A stretch of DNA of 64,000 bases from Methanothermococcus sp. Ax23. Lineage in GTDB: Archaea > AGJL01 > Methanococci > Methanococcales > Methanococcaceae. The stretch is taken from contig NZ_CP157522.1 in the NCBI RefSeq assembly GCF_049075655.1, positions 352,001-416,000 of the forward strand, in the 5' to 3' direction. The position numbers and the translations under genes are program-made. Of this stretch, positions 41,070-53,228 are shown piece after piece (the stretch's first letter is position 1; each line of letters begins with the position of its first letter). The notes below the pieces were generated by a model. It was given only the letters and a program-made list of their open reading frames with translations. It was not told where the DNA came from and ran no database searches.

Positions 41070-41555
41070 TTGATACCTGATTCATTGAAAAAAGAAATAT
41101 TAATAATGGGATGTGGCAATTTATTATTTGCAGATGATGGATTTGGATATGAAGTAATTACACGACTGGAAAAAATGGAGCTCCCAGAAAATGTTGAAAT
41201 AATTGACGCTGGAACTGGCGGTTCGTTCTATTTGATGTCAATAATGGATGGAGAATGCAAGGTTAAAAAAATAATAATCGTTGATATTATTGATTTTGGT
41301 TTGCCCCCTGGAACATTGAAAAAGTTTGGTGTGGAGGAGCTCCCAAATATTGATAAATATAACTTTGATGCTCACGACCTTCCACTTGCACCTTATTTGA
41401 TAGATGCCGATAAAAAAGGTATAGATATCGTAATAATTGGATGTCAGGCAAAAGAAGTATCCAATCCCGACATTAAGATAGGTTTGACTGATGAAGTCAA
41501 AAATTCCCTTGATGATGCAATTAAAATGGTTTTAGAGGAAATTAACAAAAAATAG
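41070..41555 (+). CDS. frhD: Hydrogenase maturation protease (FrhD-like)
   Basis: GCGNLLFADDGFG, IDAGTG, DAHDLP; GGTGA RBS before TTG 41070. Confidence 0.8.
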   Translation: MIPDSLKKEILIMGCGNLLFADDGFGYEVITRLEKMELPENVEIIDAGTGGSFYLMSIMDGECKVKKIIIVDIIDFGLPPGTLKKFGVEELPNIDKYNFDAHDLPLAPYLIDADKKGIDIVIIGCQAKEVSNPDIKIGLTDEVKNSLDDAIKMVLEEINKK

Positions 41556-41576
41556 GATTTTTATTTTTTTATTTTA

Positions 41577-41633
41577 CTTGACAAAAACACTTCAAGTTTT
41601 TGTAAGTCAGCGAATCCGAAGGACTCGCTTCGA
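41577..41633 (+). repeat. Intergenic copy of the 57-nt double-hairpin element
   Basis: CTTGACAAAAAC...GTTTTTGTAAGTCAGCGAATCCGAAGGACTCGCTTCGA matches 33519-33575. Confidence 0.85.
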
Positions 41634-41657
41634 TATATTTATTTTTATTTTTTTCCA

Positions 41658-41742
41658 TTGTGTGATTAAATTATTCACACAATCGTAATGTTTATATACC
41701 ATTAAATTTACTTATTAATATGTGATTAAATTATTCACACAT
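41658..41742 (+). promoter_or_regulatory. fsr promoter with two identical palindromic operators flanking the TATA box
   Basis: TGTGATTAAATTATTCACACA at 41661 and 41721 (60 bp apart), with TTTATATA at 41691. Confidence 0.75.
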
Positions 41743-41807
41743 GACCCAATCTAGCTTATATTACTTACTGTATAAATATTTTTAATATTTAATATTTTCC
41801 AACAAAG

Positions 41808-43670
41808 GTGGTAAAAATGTACGAATGGAAGTTAAATGAAATCGTTGATAACGGACTATGTGCCAAATGTGGAACATGTGTTGTAGTATGTCCAAATAAC
41901 CTATTGGCATTTGAGGATACTCCAAAGCTAACTGATGAATGTTTAAGAAAAGGACACGGAATGTGTTATGACGTATGTCCAAGAGTTTCATCAGGAAAGT
42001 ATCAAATAAAAATCAGGGAAAACTTCAAAGAAGAGTATTTCTACGGAAAAGGAGATGTAGAAGGACAGGATGGTGGAGTAGTTTCAACATTTTTAAAGTA
42101 CCTATTGAAAAACAAAAAAATAGATGGGGCAATAGTAGTTGGGGATGAATGCTGGAAACCGGTATCATTAATTGTCCAAAATCCTGATGATATAGAAAAG
42201 GCGGCAAAATCAAAATACGCTATATCAACATTGGATGCTTTAAGGGAAGCAGGCGAAATGGGTATTGAAAAAGTAGCAGTCGTTGGACTACCATGCCAGA
42301 TAGCAGGTCTTAGAAAACTTCAATACTTCCCATACTTAGCAAAGTATGATGGAGAACTGGGTAAAAATGGAAAGTTGGCAAAATTACCAAAAATAGAATA
42401 TCTCATTGGATTACTTTGCACTGAGAAGTTTGAATACGATGGATTAAAAGAAACCCTTGCAAAAAACAACATAAACATTGAAGATGTAAAGAAATTCGAC
42501 ATTAAAAAGGGTAAATTAATAGTAATTACAGAAGATGAAGAGTATAAAATACCTTTAAAAGACATTGAAATGAATGCTGGCTGTAAGATGTGTAGGGACT
42601 TTGATGCAGAAATGGCTGATGTATCAGTTGGATGCGTTGGAAGTCCAGATGGATATTCAACAGTTATAATAAGAACTGAAAAAGGGGAAGAAATTAAAAA
42701 CGCAGTTGAATTAAAAGAAGGTGTAGATTTAGATGCAATTGAAAAATTGAGAGAATTGAAACTTAACAGATTTAAAAAGGAACTTGAAAGAAGAAAAGAA
42801 AATAACGAAAAGATATCATTCTACTGGGTTGCTGACTATGCTGGAGTTGGTAAAAGGGCAGATGGAACTCACTTCCTAAGAATCAGAGCAAAACCTGCTG
42901 GATGGTACTCAATTGATGAAGTTAAGGAGATTGTAAAAATAGCTGAGAAATATAACGGTAAAATAAAAATGACAAACAGAGGAGCCTTCGAAATCCACAA
43001 CATAAGTCCATTTGATGCTGAAGACATGGCATTAGAGCTCGCTGAAAAAGACCTCCTTACAGGTTCAGAGGGACCACTTGTAAGGGCAACCCTTGCATGT
43101 CCTGGGGAAGGAAACTGTGGAAGTGGGCTGATAAACACCACAGAGTTATGCTCAATTATTGAAGATAATTTCAAAGAGCATCCCGCACCATACAAATTCA
43201 AAATTGCAATAAGTGGATGTCCGAACAAATGTGTAAGACCTCAAATCCATGAAATAGGTATAGCAGGAGTTAAATTCCCAATAACTAATGAAAACTGTAA
43301 TGGATGCGGAAGATGTGCAGATGTTTGTAAGATTGAAGCCATAGACATTAGAGGGGAAACTTCATACACAAACTACAATGTATGTATAGGTTGTGGTAAA
43401 TGTATAAAGGCATGTCCAAATGAAGGTAGGGACATAAAAGAAGAAGGATACATGGTATATGTCGGCGGAAAATCAGGAAGGGAAGTAATTGAAGGAATAA
43501 GCATGAAATTAATGAGTGTAGAAGAAATACTTAACTTAATTGATAAAGTATTAATTGTATATCATAAATATGCTAAAAAACCACAGAGAGAGAGACTAGG
43601 GGCAGTTATGGCGAGAGTTGGAAAAGGAAAATTCTTAGAAGAAGTTAAAGAATTGATGGAAAAAGAATAA
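41808..43670 (+). CDS. fsr: F420-dependent sulfite reductase
   Basis: FrhB-like N-half (GQDGGVV, VGLPCQ) fused to a siroheme half (ACPGEGNC, SGCPNKC) with a ferredoxin insert. Confidence 0.93.
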   Translation: MVKMYEWKLNEIVDNGLCAKCGTCVVVCPNNLLAFEDTPKLTDECLRKGHGMCYDVCPRVSSGKYQIKIRENFKEEYFYGKGDVEGQDGGVVSTFLKYLLKNKKIDGAIVVGDECWKPVSLIVQNPDDIEKAAKSKYAISTLDALREAGEMGIEKVAVVGLPCQIAGLRKLQYFPYLAKYDGELGKNGKLAKLPKIEYLIGLLCTEKFEYDGLKETLAKNNINIEDVKKFDIKKGKLIVITEDEEYKIPLKDIEMNAGCKMCRDFDAEMADVSVGCVGSPDGYSTVIIRTEKGEEIKNAVELKEGVDLDAIEKLRELKLNRFKKELERRKENNEKISFYWVADYAGVGKRADGTHFLRIRAKPAGWYSIDEVKEIVKIAEKYNGKIKMTNRGAFEIHNISPFDAEDMALELAEKDLLTGSEGPLVRATLACPGEGNCGSGLINTTELCSIIEDNFKEHPAPYKFKIAISGCPNKCVRPQIHEIGIAGVKFPITNENCNGCGRCADVCKIEAIDIRGETSYTNYNVCIGCGKCIKACPNEGRDIKEEGYMVYVGGKSGREVIEGISMKLMSVEEILNLIDKVLIVYHKYAKKPQRERLGAVMARVGKGKFLEEVKELMEKE

Positions 43671-43764
43671 CCCTTCCAACCTTGCTTTTTCTTACTCTAC
43701 TATCTTCTTATTTTAATAACTTTATTTTAACTATTTATTATTTTTTTATTTTATAGGGGATTTT

Positions 43765-44110
43765 ATGAACTATAATGTTGTTTTTCATCTTGAAGATGGC
43801 GATTTAGAAAGGCTCAATATTGCCTCAACATGAGCTCTAACCTATTAAAGAATATAAAAACCGCTAAAATTGCAGTGGTTTCAACCCACAATGCTCCAAA
43901 GTTATTTTTAAAAAAGAACTTAACTGGGGATACATACGAAAGGATAAGATTTTTGGCATCTAAAAATGCAAAATTTTTTGTATGCCATAATGCCTTGGAG
44001 GACTTGGGCATTCATGAATCAGAACTTATTGTTGAATGTAGGTAATTCCCGCAGGAATAGTTAAGCTCATAGAACTTCAAAATAAGGGTTTTGCATACGT
44101 TAAACCTTAA
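43765..44110 (+). pseudogene. DsrE-family protein gene with two frameshifts
   Basis: MNYNVVFHLED... / MSSNLL...FFVCHNAL... / VIPAGIVKLIELQNKGFAYVKP* lie in three frames, with shifts near 43822 and 44040. Confidence 0.75.
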
Positions 44111-44227
44111 TACATGAGGGCGTATAAAATTCACATTAATTAAACTTTTGAATATATTAATTATCTTATTCTTTAACATAATACTACTTACTTATTTTTA
44201 AAAAATGTAAGAAATTACCAAGGTGAT

Positions 44228-44920
44228 ATGATGAAGAATATTAAGGAGCTCGGTAAGATGATGGAAGAACTATTAGGATTAAACTATCCAGCAGTTGCCG
44301 TAAAACTTGCAAAATCCCATGATGATATACCAGAAGGATACAGCGAGATAAACGATAAGATAAGACACTGTGAAATGATTCAAAAAGTAAGAAAAGAAGG
44401 CATAAAATTCTATGCCACAAATGAAAATCATTTATGTAAAGGGGGAGCTCATAATATTGGGGTCAATCAAAGTCCCAATATAGAAGACTTGGAAATAAAA
44501 TTACATGTGAAAATGGGAAATTTTAAAACCCATGAAAGTTCAAAGAAAACCATGGAATTGGTTCCGAAAATTAGAGAACAAATGTATGCAAGTGTTTATG
44601 CACCGCTAAGTGATGCAGATTTTAAACCTGATTCAATAGTTGTAATTACCACCCCAAAGATAGGGCTTAGGTTATCCCAAGCATTATTATACAAGAAAGG
44701 TGGGAGAATCCATGCAAGCTTTGCAGGAACTCAGTCTTTATGTGGCGATGCAGTTGCAGCAGTTAAACTCAATGGGACAGCAAATGCAACATTGGCATGT
44801 AATGGTTCAAGAAAATATGCAAAAATCGAAGATAATGAGATGGTGATTGCATTCCCTCCATCGGAATTAGAAAATATAATTGACGCATTGAAACATTTTA
44901 GAGAAGCATGGAACAAATAG
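44228..44920 (+). CDS. DUF169 family protein
   Basis: PAVAVKL, RHCEMIQ, HLCKGGA, QSLCGDAVA, LACNGSRKYA. Confidence 0.85.
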   Translation: MMKNIKELGKMMEELLGLNYPAVAVKLAKSHDDIPEGYSEINDKIRHCEMIQKVRKEGIKFYATNENHLCKGGAHNIGVNQSPNIEDLEIKLHVKMGNFKTHESSKKTMELVPKIREQMYASVYAPLSDADFKPDSIVVITTPKIGLRLSQALLYKKGGRIHASFAGTQSLCGDAVAAVKLNGTANATLACNGSRKYAKIEDNEMVIAFPPSELENIIDALKHFREAWNK

Positions 44921-45429
44921 TTAAAATTGCCTTTGATAAATTTTTTACATATATATTATTTTTCGTAAATGAAATTTTTTGTAGGTATTTGCCACCGTAT
45001 GTTTTATTCAATATTTACAGCAATATATATTAAACGTTTTTTCTTATTATTGTGTTATTTCCATAAATGTTGTGATAAGACTATATTCATTTATAACTTT
45101 ACAATATAAATGTGAGCTCCGCCAAAGAATTAAAATAGTAAAAAACATAGCTATGAACTTAACAATATAAAAACGTGCAAATATACAAATGTATATTATA
45201 TTTGAAATATCTTGAAATATAATCATCATAGCAAAATAACAATATTCATAATAATGATAAACAGAAATTGAAAATAAAATACACCATATTCACTATGGAA
45301 TATGGTTAAACAATTGCTCCTTATCCACTACGGAATAAGGATTAAACATATGAGAAAAGAAAATAAGGTTATTGCAATAAATAATATATTGCAATATTTA
45401 ATGGCTTATGCGGAATTAAATGCATAAAA

Positions 45430-45738
45430 TTAGCTTCTTAATTCAATTTCAATTTGAACAGCTTCTGGAATTCTTATTTTCATAATGTGTTTCATGGTTC
45501 TTTCGTCTGCTTCTATATCGATTACTCTTTTATGAACTCTCATTGTCCATCTATCAAAGGTTGATGAACCTTCACCATCTGTTGATTTTCTTGTTGTAAT
45601 TTTCAATGTTTTTGTTGGTAATGGGATTGGTCCTGCCATATCTACTCCAGTTTTTTCTGCGATTGCTCTTATCTGATTGCAAACTCCATCTAACTCCTTA
45701 TGGTCTGTGCTGCTTAATTTTATTCTTGCCTTTTGCAT
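45430..45738 (-). CDS. rpsJ: 30S ribosomal protein S10
   Basis: [25 protein letters not shown]. Confidence 0.97.
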   Translation of the reverse strand: MQKARIKLSSTDHKELDGVCNQIRAIAEKTGVDMAGPIPLPTKTLKITTRKSTDGEGSSTFDRWTMRVHKRVIDIEADERTMKHIMKIRIPEAVQIEIELRS

Positions 45739-45834
45739 AATATCTCCTTCGTAGTTTAAATTATGTTTGATAAAAATATAATAAATATATAATAAAAAAA
45801 TAAAAAAAGGAAGAAATAATTAATTTCTACCTAA

Positions 45835-47121
45835 TTATTTGTTTTTTGCTTTAACATCTATACACATACCAGCTGCAACTGTCATACCCATATCTCTGAT
45901 AGCGAATCTACCGAGCTGTGGGATTTCTCTTACGTTTTCAATAACCATTGGTTTTGTTGGAACGATTTTAACGATTGCAGCATCTCCTGCTTTCAAGAAG
46001 TCTGGGTTTTCTTCTTTAACTTCACCAGTTGCTGGGTTCAATTTTTTGAGGAGCTCTGTGAATGTACATGCTACCTGAGCTGTGTGAGCGTGGAATACTG
46101 GTGTGTATCCTGCTGTGATTACTGATGGGTGCTGTAAAACAACAATCTGTGCTGTGAATTCAGCAGCTACTGTTGGAGCGTTGTCTGGGTGTCCTACAAC
46201 ATCTCCTCTCTTGATGTCCTTCTTACCTACACCTCTTACGTTGAAACCAACGTTGTCACCAGGTTCTGCTTTTGGAAGCTGTTCGTGGTGAGCTTCGATT
46301 GTTTTAACTTCTCCTGAAACACCAGCAGGTTCAAATACAACTTTGTCTCCTGGTTTCATAACTCCTGTTTCTACTCTTCCTACTGGAACTGTACCTACAC
46401 CAGTGATTGTATATACATCCTGGATTGGGAGTCTCAATGGTAAGTCAACTGGTTTTTCAGGTGGCTGGAATGTATCGATAACTTCAACCAATGTTGGTCC
46501 TTTGTACCATGGCATGTTGTCTGATTTGTTAACTACGTTGTCTCCGTGGTATGATGCTACTGGAACGAAGTGTATGTTGTCAGGGTTGTATCCTAACATT
46601 TTCAATAACTGGTTTGAAAGCATATCTTTCATTGCTTTGTAATCTTCTTCGCTGTAATTTACTGTGTCCATTTTGTTAATTGCAACAGCTAACTGGTTTA
46701 CACCGAGTGTTCTAATTAAGAAGATGTGCTCTCTTGTTTGTGGTTGTAATCCTGTTTTAGCGTCGTTTACATCACATACTAAGATAGCAGCATCTGCCTG
46801 TGAAGCTCCTGTAATCATGTTTTTAATGAAGTCTCTGTGTCCTGGACAGTCCACAATTGTTACATCGTATTTTTTACTTTCGAATTTTTTGTGAGCTACG
46901 TCGATTGTAACTCCTCTTTCTCTTTCTTCTTTTAAACCATCCATAACGTAAGCGAATTCGAATCCTGCTTTACCTTTTTCAGCAGCTTCTCTTTTCAATC
47001 TTTCTAATACCTGTGGGTCAATAGCTCCACTGTCTAATAATAATCTACCAACTGTTGTGGATTTACCAGCATCTACGTGTCCGATAAATGCAACGTTTAG
47101 TACAGGTTTTTCTTTTGCCAT
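45835..47121 (-). CDS. tuf: Elongation factor 1-alpha
   Basis: [38 protein letters not shown]. Confidence 0.98.
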   Translation of the reverse strand: MAKEKPVLNVAFIGHVDAGKSTTVGRLLLDSGAIDPQVLERLKREAAEKGKAGFEFAYVMDGLKEERERGVTIDVAHKKFESKKYDVTIVDCPGHRDFIKNMITGASQADAAILVCDVNDAKTGLQPQTREHIFLIRTLGVNQLAVAINKMDTVNYSEEDYKAMKDMLSNQLLKMLGYNPDNIHFVPVASYHGDNVVNKSDNMPWYKGPTLVEVIDTFQPPEKPVDLPLRLPIQDVYTITGVGTVPVGRVETGVMKPGDKVVFEPAGVSGEVKTIEAHHEQLPKAEPGDNVGFNVRGVGKKDIKRGDVVGHPDNAPTVAAEFTAQIVVLQHPSVITAGYTPVFHAHTAQVACTFTELLKKLNPATGEVKEENPDFLKAGDAAIVKIVPTKPMVIENVREIPQLGRFAIRDMGMTVAAGMCIDVKAKNK

Positions 47122-47309
47122 AATCTTACCTCCAAATATGTTTATTTTATTTATATTTTAAAAATTTTTTTAAAATATTTATAATATTTTAAGTATTCTG
47201 GAATTTAAGGGTTTTTAAAAGGAATAATTAAATTTATAAGGATTACAAAATTGTAATATTCATTATACCAAAGGGGTATATATATTTTGTGGTGATTTAC
47301 ACCACAACA

Positions 47310-49493
47310 TTAATCTGTTTTCAATCCTTTTCTTTCTCTTATCTCTTTTATAATTTTTGGTTGCAATTCGTTAGGGACTCTTTCGAATCCTCCAAACTCA
47401 ACACTCCATAAACATCTACCTTGGGTAGCTCCCCTAATTGCACCTGCAAATCCAAACATTTCTGAAACAGGAGCTTTTGATTTGATTAATGTCATATCCC
47501 CTTCCTGTTCCATATCCAATATCTGTCCTCTTCTGTTGCTGAGCTCTCTCATTGCATCTCCCATGTAGTCCTGTGGTGTGTTTATGAATACCTTCTGGAC
47601 AGGCTCCAATAACACTGGTTTTGCCTGCATAATTGCATCTCTGATACCAAATCTTACAGCAGGTATTAACTGAGAAGGACCTCTGTGGATTGCATCTTCG
47701 TGGAATACTGCATCTACTAATTTAACTTTTACTCCCTGACATTTTTCAGCTGCCAATGGACCGTTTCTTACAGCTTCTTTGAAACCTTCGATTATCAATT
47801 CTCTTGCTTCGTCCAATTGAACAATACCTCTTGTCATGTTGAGGAGCATGTTTCCTTCATAGATGGACATTACTCTCTTAGCTTCTTCCTTATCAAGTCC
47901 TGCTTCAACTAAAATTTTTTCTGTTTCCTGAGGTGTCTTTTTCTTGAAGTCTTCGTCTTTGATTTTTCCTTCCTTGTATGCTTCATATACTGTTTCTTCC
48001 AATGGCTCTACTACGAAGTATAATTTGTTGTGCTTGTTTGGTGATTTACCTTCTACCTCAGGTGATTTTCCAGTTACTGTTTCTCTATAAACAACGATAG
48101 GTTCCCCAACTTCTACCTCAATACCTGCATCTCTTCCTATCTTTGTATTTGTAATAACTTCAATGTGGAGCTCACCCATACCACTGATTAAGTGCTCTCC
48201 TGTTTCTTCGTTAATTTCAACTTTTACTGTGTTGTCTTCTTTTGCTATCTGTCTTAAAACTTCAATTAATTTTGGAAGGTCTTTTGTATTTTTAGCTTCA
48301 ATTGCTACGGTAATTACAGGCTCACTTACGTGTGTAATTGATTCAAATGGTGGTTCAAGTATGTTGCTTGGGCTACATACTGTTTCCCCTGCACTTGCTT
48401 CCTTCAATCCGGTTAAAGCACAGATGTTTCCTGCTGAAACGCTTGAAACTTGAACTCTTTCAGCACCCATGAACACAGCAACCTGCTGAGCTCTTGCTTT
48501 CTGCTTTGAACCTACCAAGTATAACTCTTCACCTTGTTTTATTCTACCACTGAACAATCTGCATGCAGATATAGCACCAGCGTGTTTATCTACGATGATT
48601 TTTGTAATTACACCAGCTAATGGACCATTAGGGTCACAATTAACCATTGCTTTACCAATTTCTGATTCCAAATCTCCTTTCCAGATGTTTGGAATTCTGT
48701 ATTTCTGTGCTTCTACTGGGTTTGGAAGGTGTTTAATTACCATGTCCAAAAGAACTTCATGAAGTGGTGCCTTTTGAGCGAGCTCCTTCTGGTTTTCATT
48801 TTCACAGTAGTCTATAATATCTTTAAATGAAATGCCTGTTTTTTTCATGTATGGAACGGAAATTGCCCAGTTGTGGTATGCTGAACCAAATGCAACACTT
48901 CCATCCATAACATTTACTACCCATTCATTTTTGAATTCTTCTGAAGCCATTTTTTGAATTAATTTATTTACATCGTTGATAATTTTTGTAAATCTATTCA
49001 TCAATTCTTCTGGGGTTAATTTTAACTCATTTAACAATCTATCTACTTTGTTGATGAATAAAACAGGTTTTACCTTTTCCTTTAAAGCCTGTCTTAAAAC
49101 TGTCTCTGTCTGAGGCATGATACCTTCAACAGCACATACAACAACAACAGCACCATCAATAGCTCTCATTGCTCTTGTAACGTCCCCACCAAAATCAACG
49201 TGTCCTGGTGTGTCGATTAAGTTAATTAAAAATTCTTTTCCATCATATTCGTGTACCATTGACACGTTTGCAGCATAGATTGTAATACCTCTTGCTGCTT
49301 CCTCTTCATCAAAATCAAGTGCTAACTGGTCTCCTGCAAGGTCTTTGGAAATCATTCCTGCCCCTGCTAAGAGGTTGTCTGATAATGTTGTTTTACCGTG
49401 GTCAATGTGTGCACAGATACCAATGTTTCTTATTCTATCGTGGGTTTCCATCAAGCTTTTAACTTTTTCAACCATTTTTGCTCTTCTTCCCAT
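47310..49493 (-). CDS. fusA: Elongation factor 2
   Basis: [30 protein letters not shown] (diphthamide His). Confidence 0.98.
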   Translation of the reverse strand: MGRRAKMVEKVKSLMETHDRIRNIGICAHIDHGKTTLSDNLLAGAGMISKDLAGDQLALDFDEEEAARGITIYAANVSMVHEYDGKEFLINLIDTPGHVDFGGDVTRAMRAIDGAVVVVCAVEGIMPQTETVLRQALKEKVKPVLFINKVDRLLNELKLTPEELMNRFTKIINDVNKLIQKMASEEFKNEWVVNVMDGSVAFGSAYHNWAISVPYMKKTGISFKDIIDYCENENQKELAQKAPLHEVLLDMVIKHLPNPVEAQKYRIPNIWKGDLESEIGKAMVNCDPNGPLAGVITKIIVDKHAGAISACRLFSGRIKQGEELYLVGSKQKARAQQVAVFMGAERVQVSSVSAGNICALTGLKEASAGETVCSPSNILEPPFESITHVSEPVITVAIEAKNTKDLPKLIEVLRQIAKEDNTVKVEINEETGEHLISGMGELHIEVITNTKIGRDAGIEVEVGEPIVVYRETVTGKSPEVEGKSPNKHNKLYFVVEPLEETVYEAYKEGKIKDEDFKKKTPQETEKILVEAGLDKEEAKRVMSIYEGNMLLNMTRGIVQLDEARELIIEGFKEAVRNGPLAAEKCQGVKVKLVDAVFHEDAIHRGPSQLIPAVRFGIRDAIMQAKPVLLEPVQKVFINTPQDYMGDAMRELSNRRGQILDMEQEGDMTLIKSKAPVSEMFGFAGAIRGATQGRCLWSVEFGGFERVPNELQPKIIKEIRERKGLKTD

Positions 49494-49643
49494 AATCTCA
49501 TCCTCATGATGAATTTATACAGTTCATAATTTGTGAATATATTTTCATTAAATTTGTTTAATTATATAATGAAATTGGTTTAAATACATTTCTAAGGAAT
49601 AGCTACTCATATAATAAAAATAATAAATAATAAATTAATTTTA

Positions 49644-50210
49644 TTATCTTGCAGATTGAGCAACTCTTTCTTTTTCTTCTTTCTTTCTTACTGCAAAGCT
49701 TCTCTGCATATCTGCTTTTGAAGCGAAGATTATTTCATCAGCTAAACACTGTGCAAAGCTCTTTTTGCTTTTATGTGCTGATTGCATTGCACCGAGTGCT
49801 ATATTTCTTAAAGCTGTATCCAATCTTCTTGATGGCGATACATCAACTGATTGAAGGAATGCAATACCTCCGTAGGAGATTCTTGTAGTTTCTTCCCTAG
49901 GTCCTGCATTTTCCAATGCATCAACAAGAACTTGAACAGGGTTCTGCTTTGTTCTCTGTTCAATTATATCAAATGCTTCTTCAATTGTGCTCAATACTAA
50001 ATGTTTTTTACCTGTGTTGTGTTCTTTTCTCATCAAGTTGTTTGCCAATCTTTCTACAATGTTCATTTTAGCCTTATCAAACATCTTTTTTGAGTTTCTT
50101 CCTGCACTGTGTGGCACAAATACTGGTGCTGTATTTATGTATCCTCTTAAACTTGGGTCTCTAACAACAACTTCTGTGGTATCCCATTTATTGAATAATT
50201 TAATTTCCAA
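49644..50210 (-). CDS. rps7: 30S ribosomal protein S7
   Basis: [33 protein letters not shown]. Confidence 0.97.
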   Translation of the reverse strand: MEIKLFNKWDTTEVVVRDPSLRGYINTAPVFVPHSAGRNSKKMFDKAKMNIVERLANNLMRKEHNTGKKHLVLSTIEEAFDIIEQRTKQNPVQVLVDALENAGPREETTRISYGGIAFLQSVDVSPSRRLDTALRNIALGAMQSAHKSKKSFAQCLADEIIFASKADMQRSFAVRKKEEKERVAQSAR

Positions 50211-50248
50211 TATCTCACCTTCTTTAATTTTTTTAGATATTATATATT

Positions 50249-50692
50249 TTATCTCTTAACTTTTTCTTGTCTTCCTCTAACAAGCTCTTTTAATGAGTTC
50301 TTACCTACCATAACCACTTTGTATCTAACTCCTGGAATATCCCCTTTTGCCTGTCCTTTTGGACCTCCAATTCCCTCAATTACAACTTCATCGTGCTCAT
50401 CTATGAAGTTTATAGCGTGGTTTCCAGGTGCAAATGCTGTAACAACTCTACCGTTTTTAATTAACTGAACTTTAACACATTTTCTGATAGCTGAGTTTGG
50501 CTGTTTTGCCTCCAATCCAACTTTCTCAACAACAATTCCTCTTGCCATCGGAGCTCCTTCCAATGGGTCTGATTTTTCTTTTAATTTTAAAACTCTATTT
50601 ACATATTTGTACTGGTGCCATCTGCTTTCTTTTCTTTTTAAGACTAATTTCCTTCCAGCAAATTCTCCTCTTGGGGATTTACTTCCTGACAT
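50249..50692 (-). CDS. rps12: 30S ribosomal protein S12
   Basis: [22 protein letters not shown]. Confidence 0.97.
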   Translation of the reverse strand: MSGSKSPRGEFAGRKLVLKRKESRWHQYKYVNRVLKLKEKSDPLEGAPMARGIVVEKVGLEAKQPNSAIRKCVKVQLIKNGRVVTAFAPGNHAINFIDEHDEVVIEGIGGPKGQAKGDIPGVRYKVVMVGKNSLKELVRGRQEKVKR

Positions 50693-50740
50693 GCTATTAT
50701 CACCTTAATATTTTGTAAAGATATTTTAAGCATTTAATAT

Positions 50741-51304
50741 TTATTCATTACTTTCTGAAACTACTTTTTCTGTTTCAGGTTCTTTTGCTTCCGCACTGCT
50801 ATTTTCTGCTTGTGCGCTTTCAGGTTTTTCAGTTTTTTCAAATTTTTTAGGATATTTTCCTTTTGGTTTTTTCCTAGGTTCTGAAACCACTTTAATATTC
50901 TTTATATCTGAAAGTCTACTGACGATGCCTACTGCTCTATCGATATTTTTTCCTCTGTTTCCGATAATTGTTCTTCTCAATTTAGGATGTACTCTAATAT
51001 ATACGACCACGTCGTCCCCAAATTTTTTTATCCAGACATCTTCCAACTTCAATGGAGCGAATACATTCCTAACAAATTTTTTCAAATCTGTGGAGTATTC
51101 AATAATATCTATCTTTTTACCAAATTTTTCCATGGCAGTTTTTACATTCTCTCCACCTTTCCCGATTGCTGCACCAACATCTCCTTCCTTAACGATAAAA
51201 ACAATTCTTTCATCGTCAGAAATACAGTCCATTACATCCGCACCAGTCATTTTTTCAAAAAGGCTAATTTTCATCATGTCGTCTCTCGTAATCTTGACCT
51301 TCAT
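50741..51304 (-). CDS. nusA: Archaeal NusA-like factor with charged C-terminal tail
   Basis: Two KH domains (GAAIGKGGENVK; IIGNRGKNI); position between rpl30e and rps12. Confidence 0.92.
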   Translation of the reverse strand: MKVKITRDDMMKISLFEKMTGADVMDCISDDERIVFIVKEGDVGAAIGKGGENVKTAMEKFGKKIDIIEYSTDLKKFVRNVFAPLKLEDVWIKKFGDDVVVYIRVHPKLRRTIIGNRGKNIDRAVGIVSRLSDIKNIKVVSEPRKKPKGKYPKKFEKTEKPESAQAENSSAEAKEPETEKVVSESNE

Positions 51305-51318
51305 TAAATACCACCTAA

Positions 51319-51627
51319 TTATTCTTCGTTATTTTGTATTACATTTAAAATAGTTGAGTTCCCAGGTTCAATAACTACCAGTGCAGAAACAGGGAAAGGT
51401 TTTCCACAAATAGCGCCCAATTCTAATGATGTTGAGCTATGTTTGTAAATTGGAATATTAGATAATTCTGCATAATACATTATATCGTTCATAACATCCT
51501 TTGCACAGTTTCCTGCCAATATTATTAAGTTTCCTTCGCCGTGTTTCACAAGTTTCATTGTTTGTTTTGTTCCCAACACTACATTTCCAGTATCTACTGC
51601 TACTCTTATAGCTCTGTTTATATCCAT
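51319..51627 (-). CDS. rpl30e: 50S ribosomal protein L30e
   Basis: [27 protein letters not shown]. Confidence 0.95.
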   Translation of the reverse strand: MDINRAIRVAVDTGNVVLGTKQTMKLVKHGEGNLIILAGNCAKDVMNDIMYYAELSNIPIYKHSSTSLELGAICGKPFPVSALVVIEPGNSTILNVIQNNEE

Positions 51628-51865
51628 AATAATACCTCCTTCTCATTTTTACTCCAGAGGTCCTTCCTGACTAAGTTTCGTTTTTTATTCAGTGAAGTCC
51701 TCAATATTGTATATAGTATTTTATATAAAGATTTATAACCATAGTAAATAGCTAAAAGTCATTTTTATACTTTTTGTATAATTGTATATTTAAATGTTAA
51801 AAAAGATTTAAAGTTTATTTGTATATTTAAAAATATATTAAAAATAAAATAATTAATTATTTATT

Positions 51866-53146
<1,281 letters not shown>

Positions 53147-53228
53147 TTATGATGAATAAAAAATATGTTAATTAAAATATGGGAGTTTAAATTCAAATTT
53201 GAATTTTATAGTTTCCATAATATCAAAT

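Noticed and set aside
45283-45348. Mini-CRISPR (ends resemble ...AAGGATTGAAAC repeats)
   Set aside because: Only two diverged units with almost no spacer between them.
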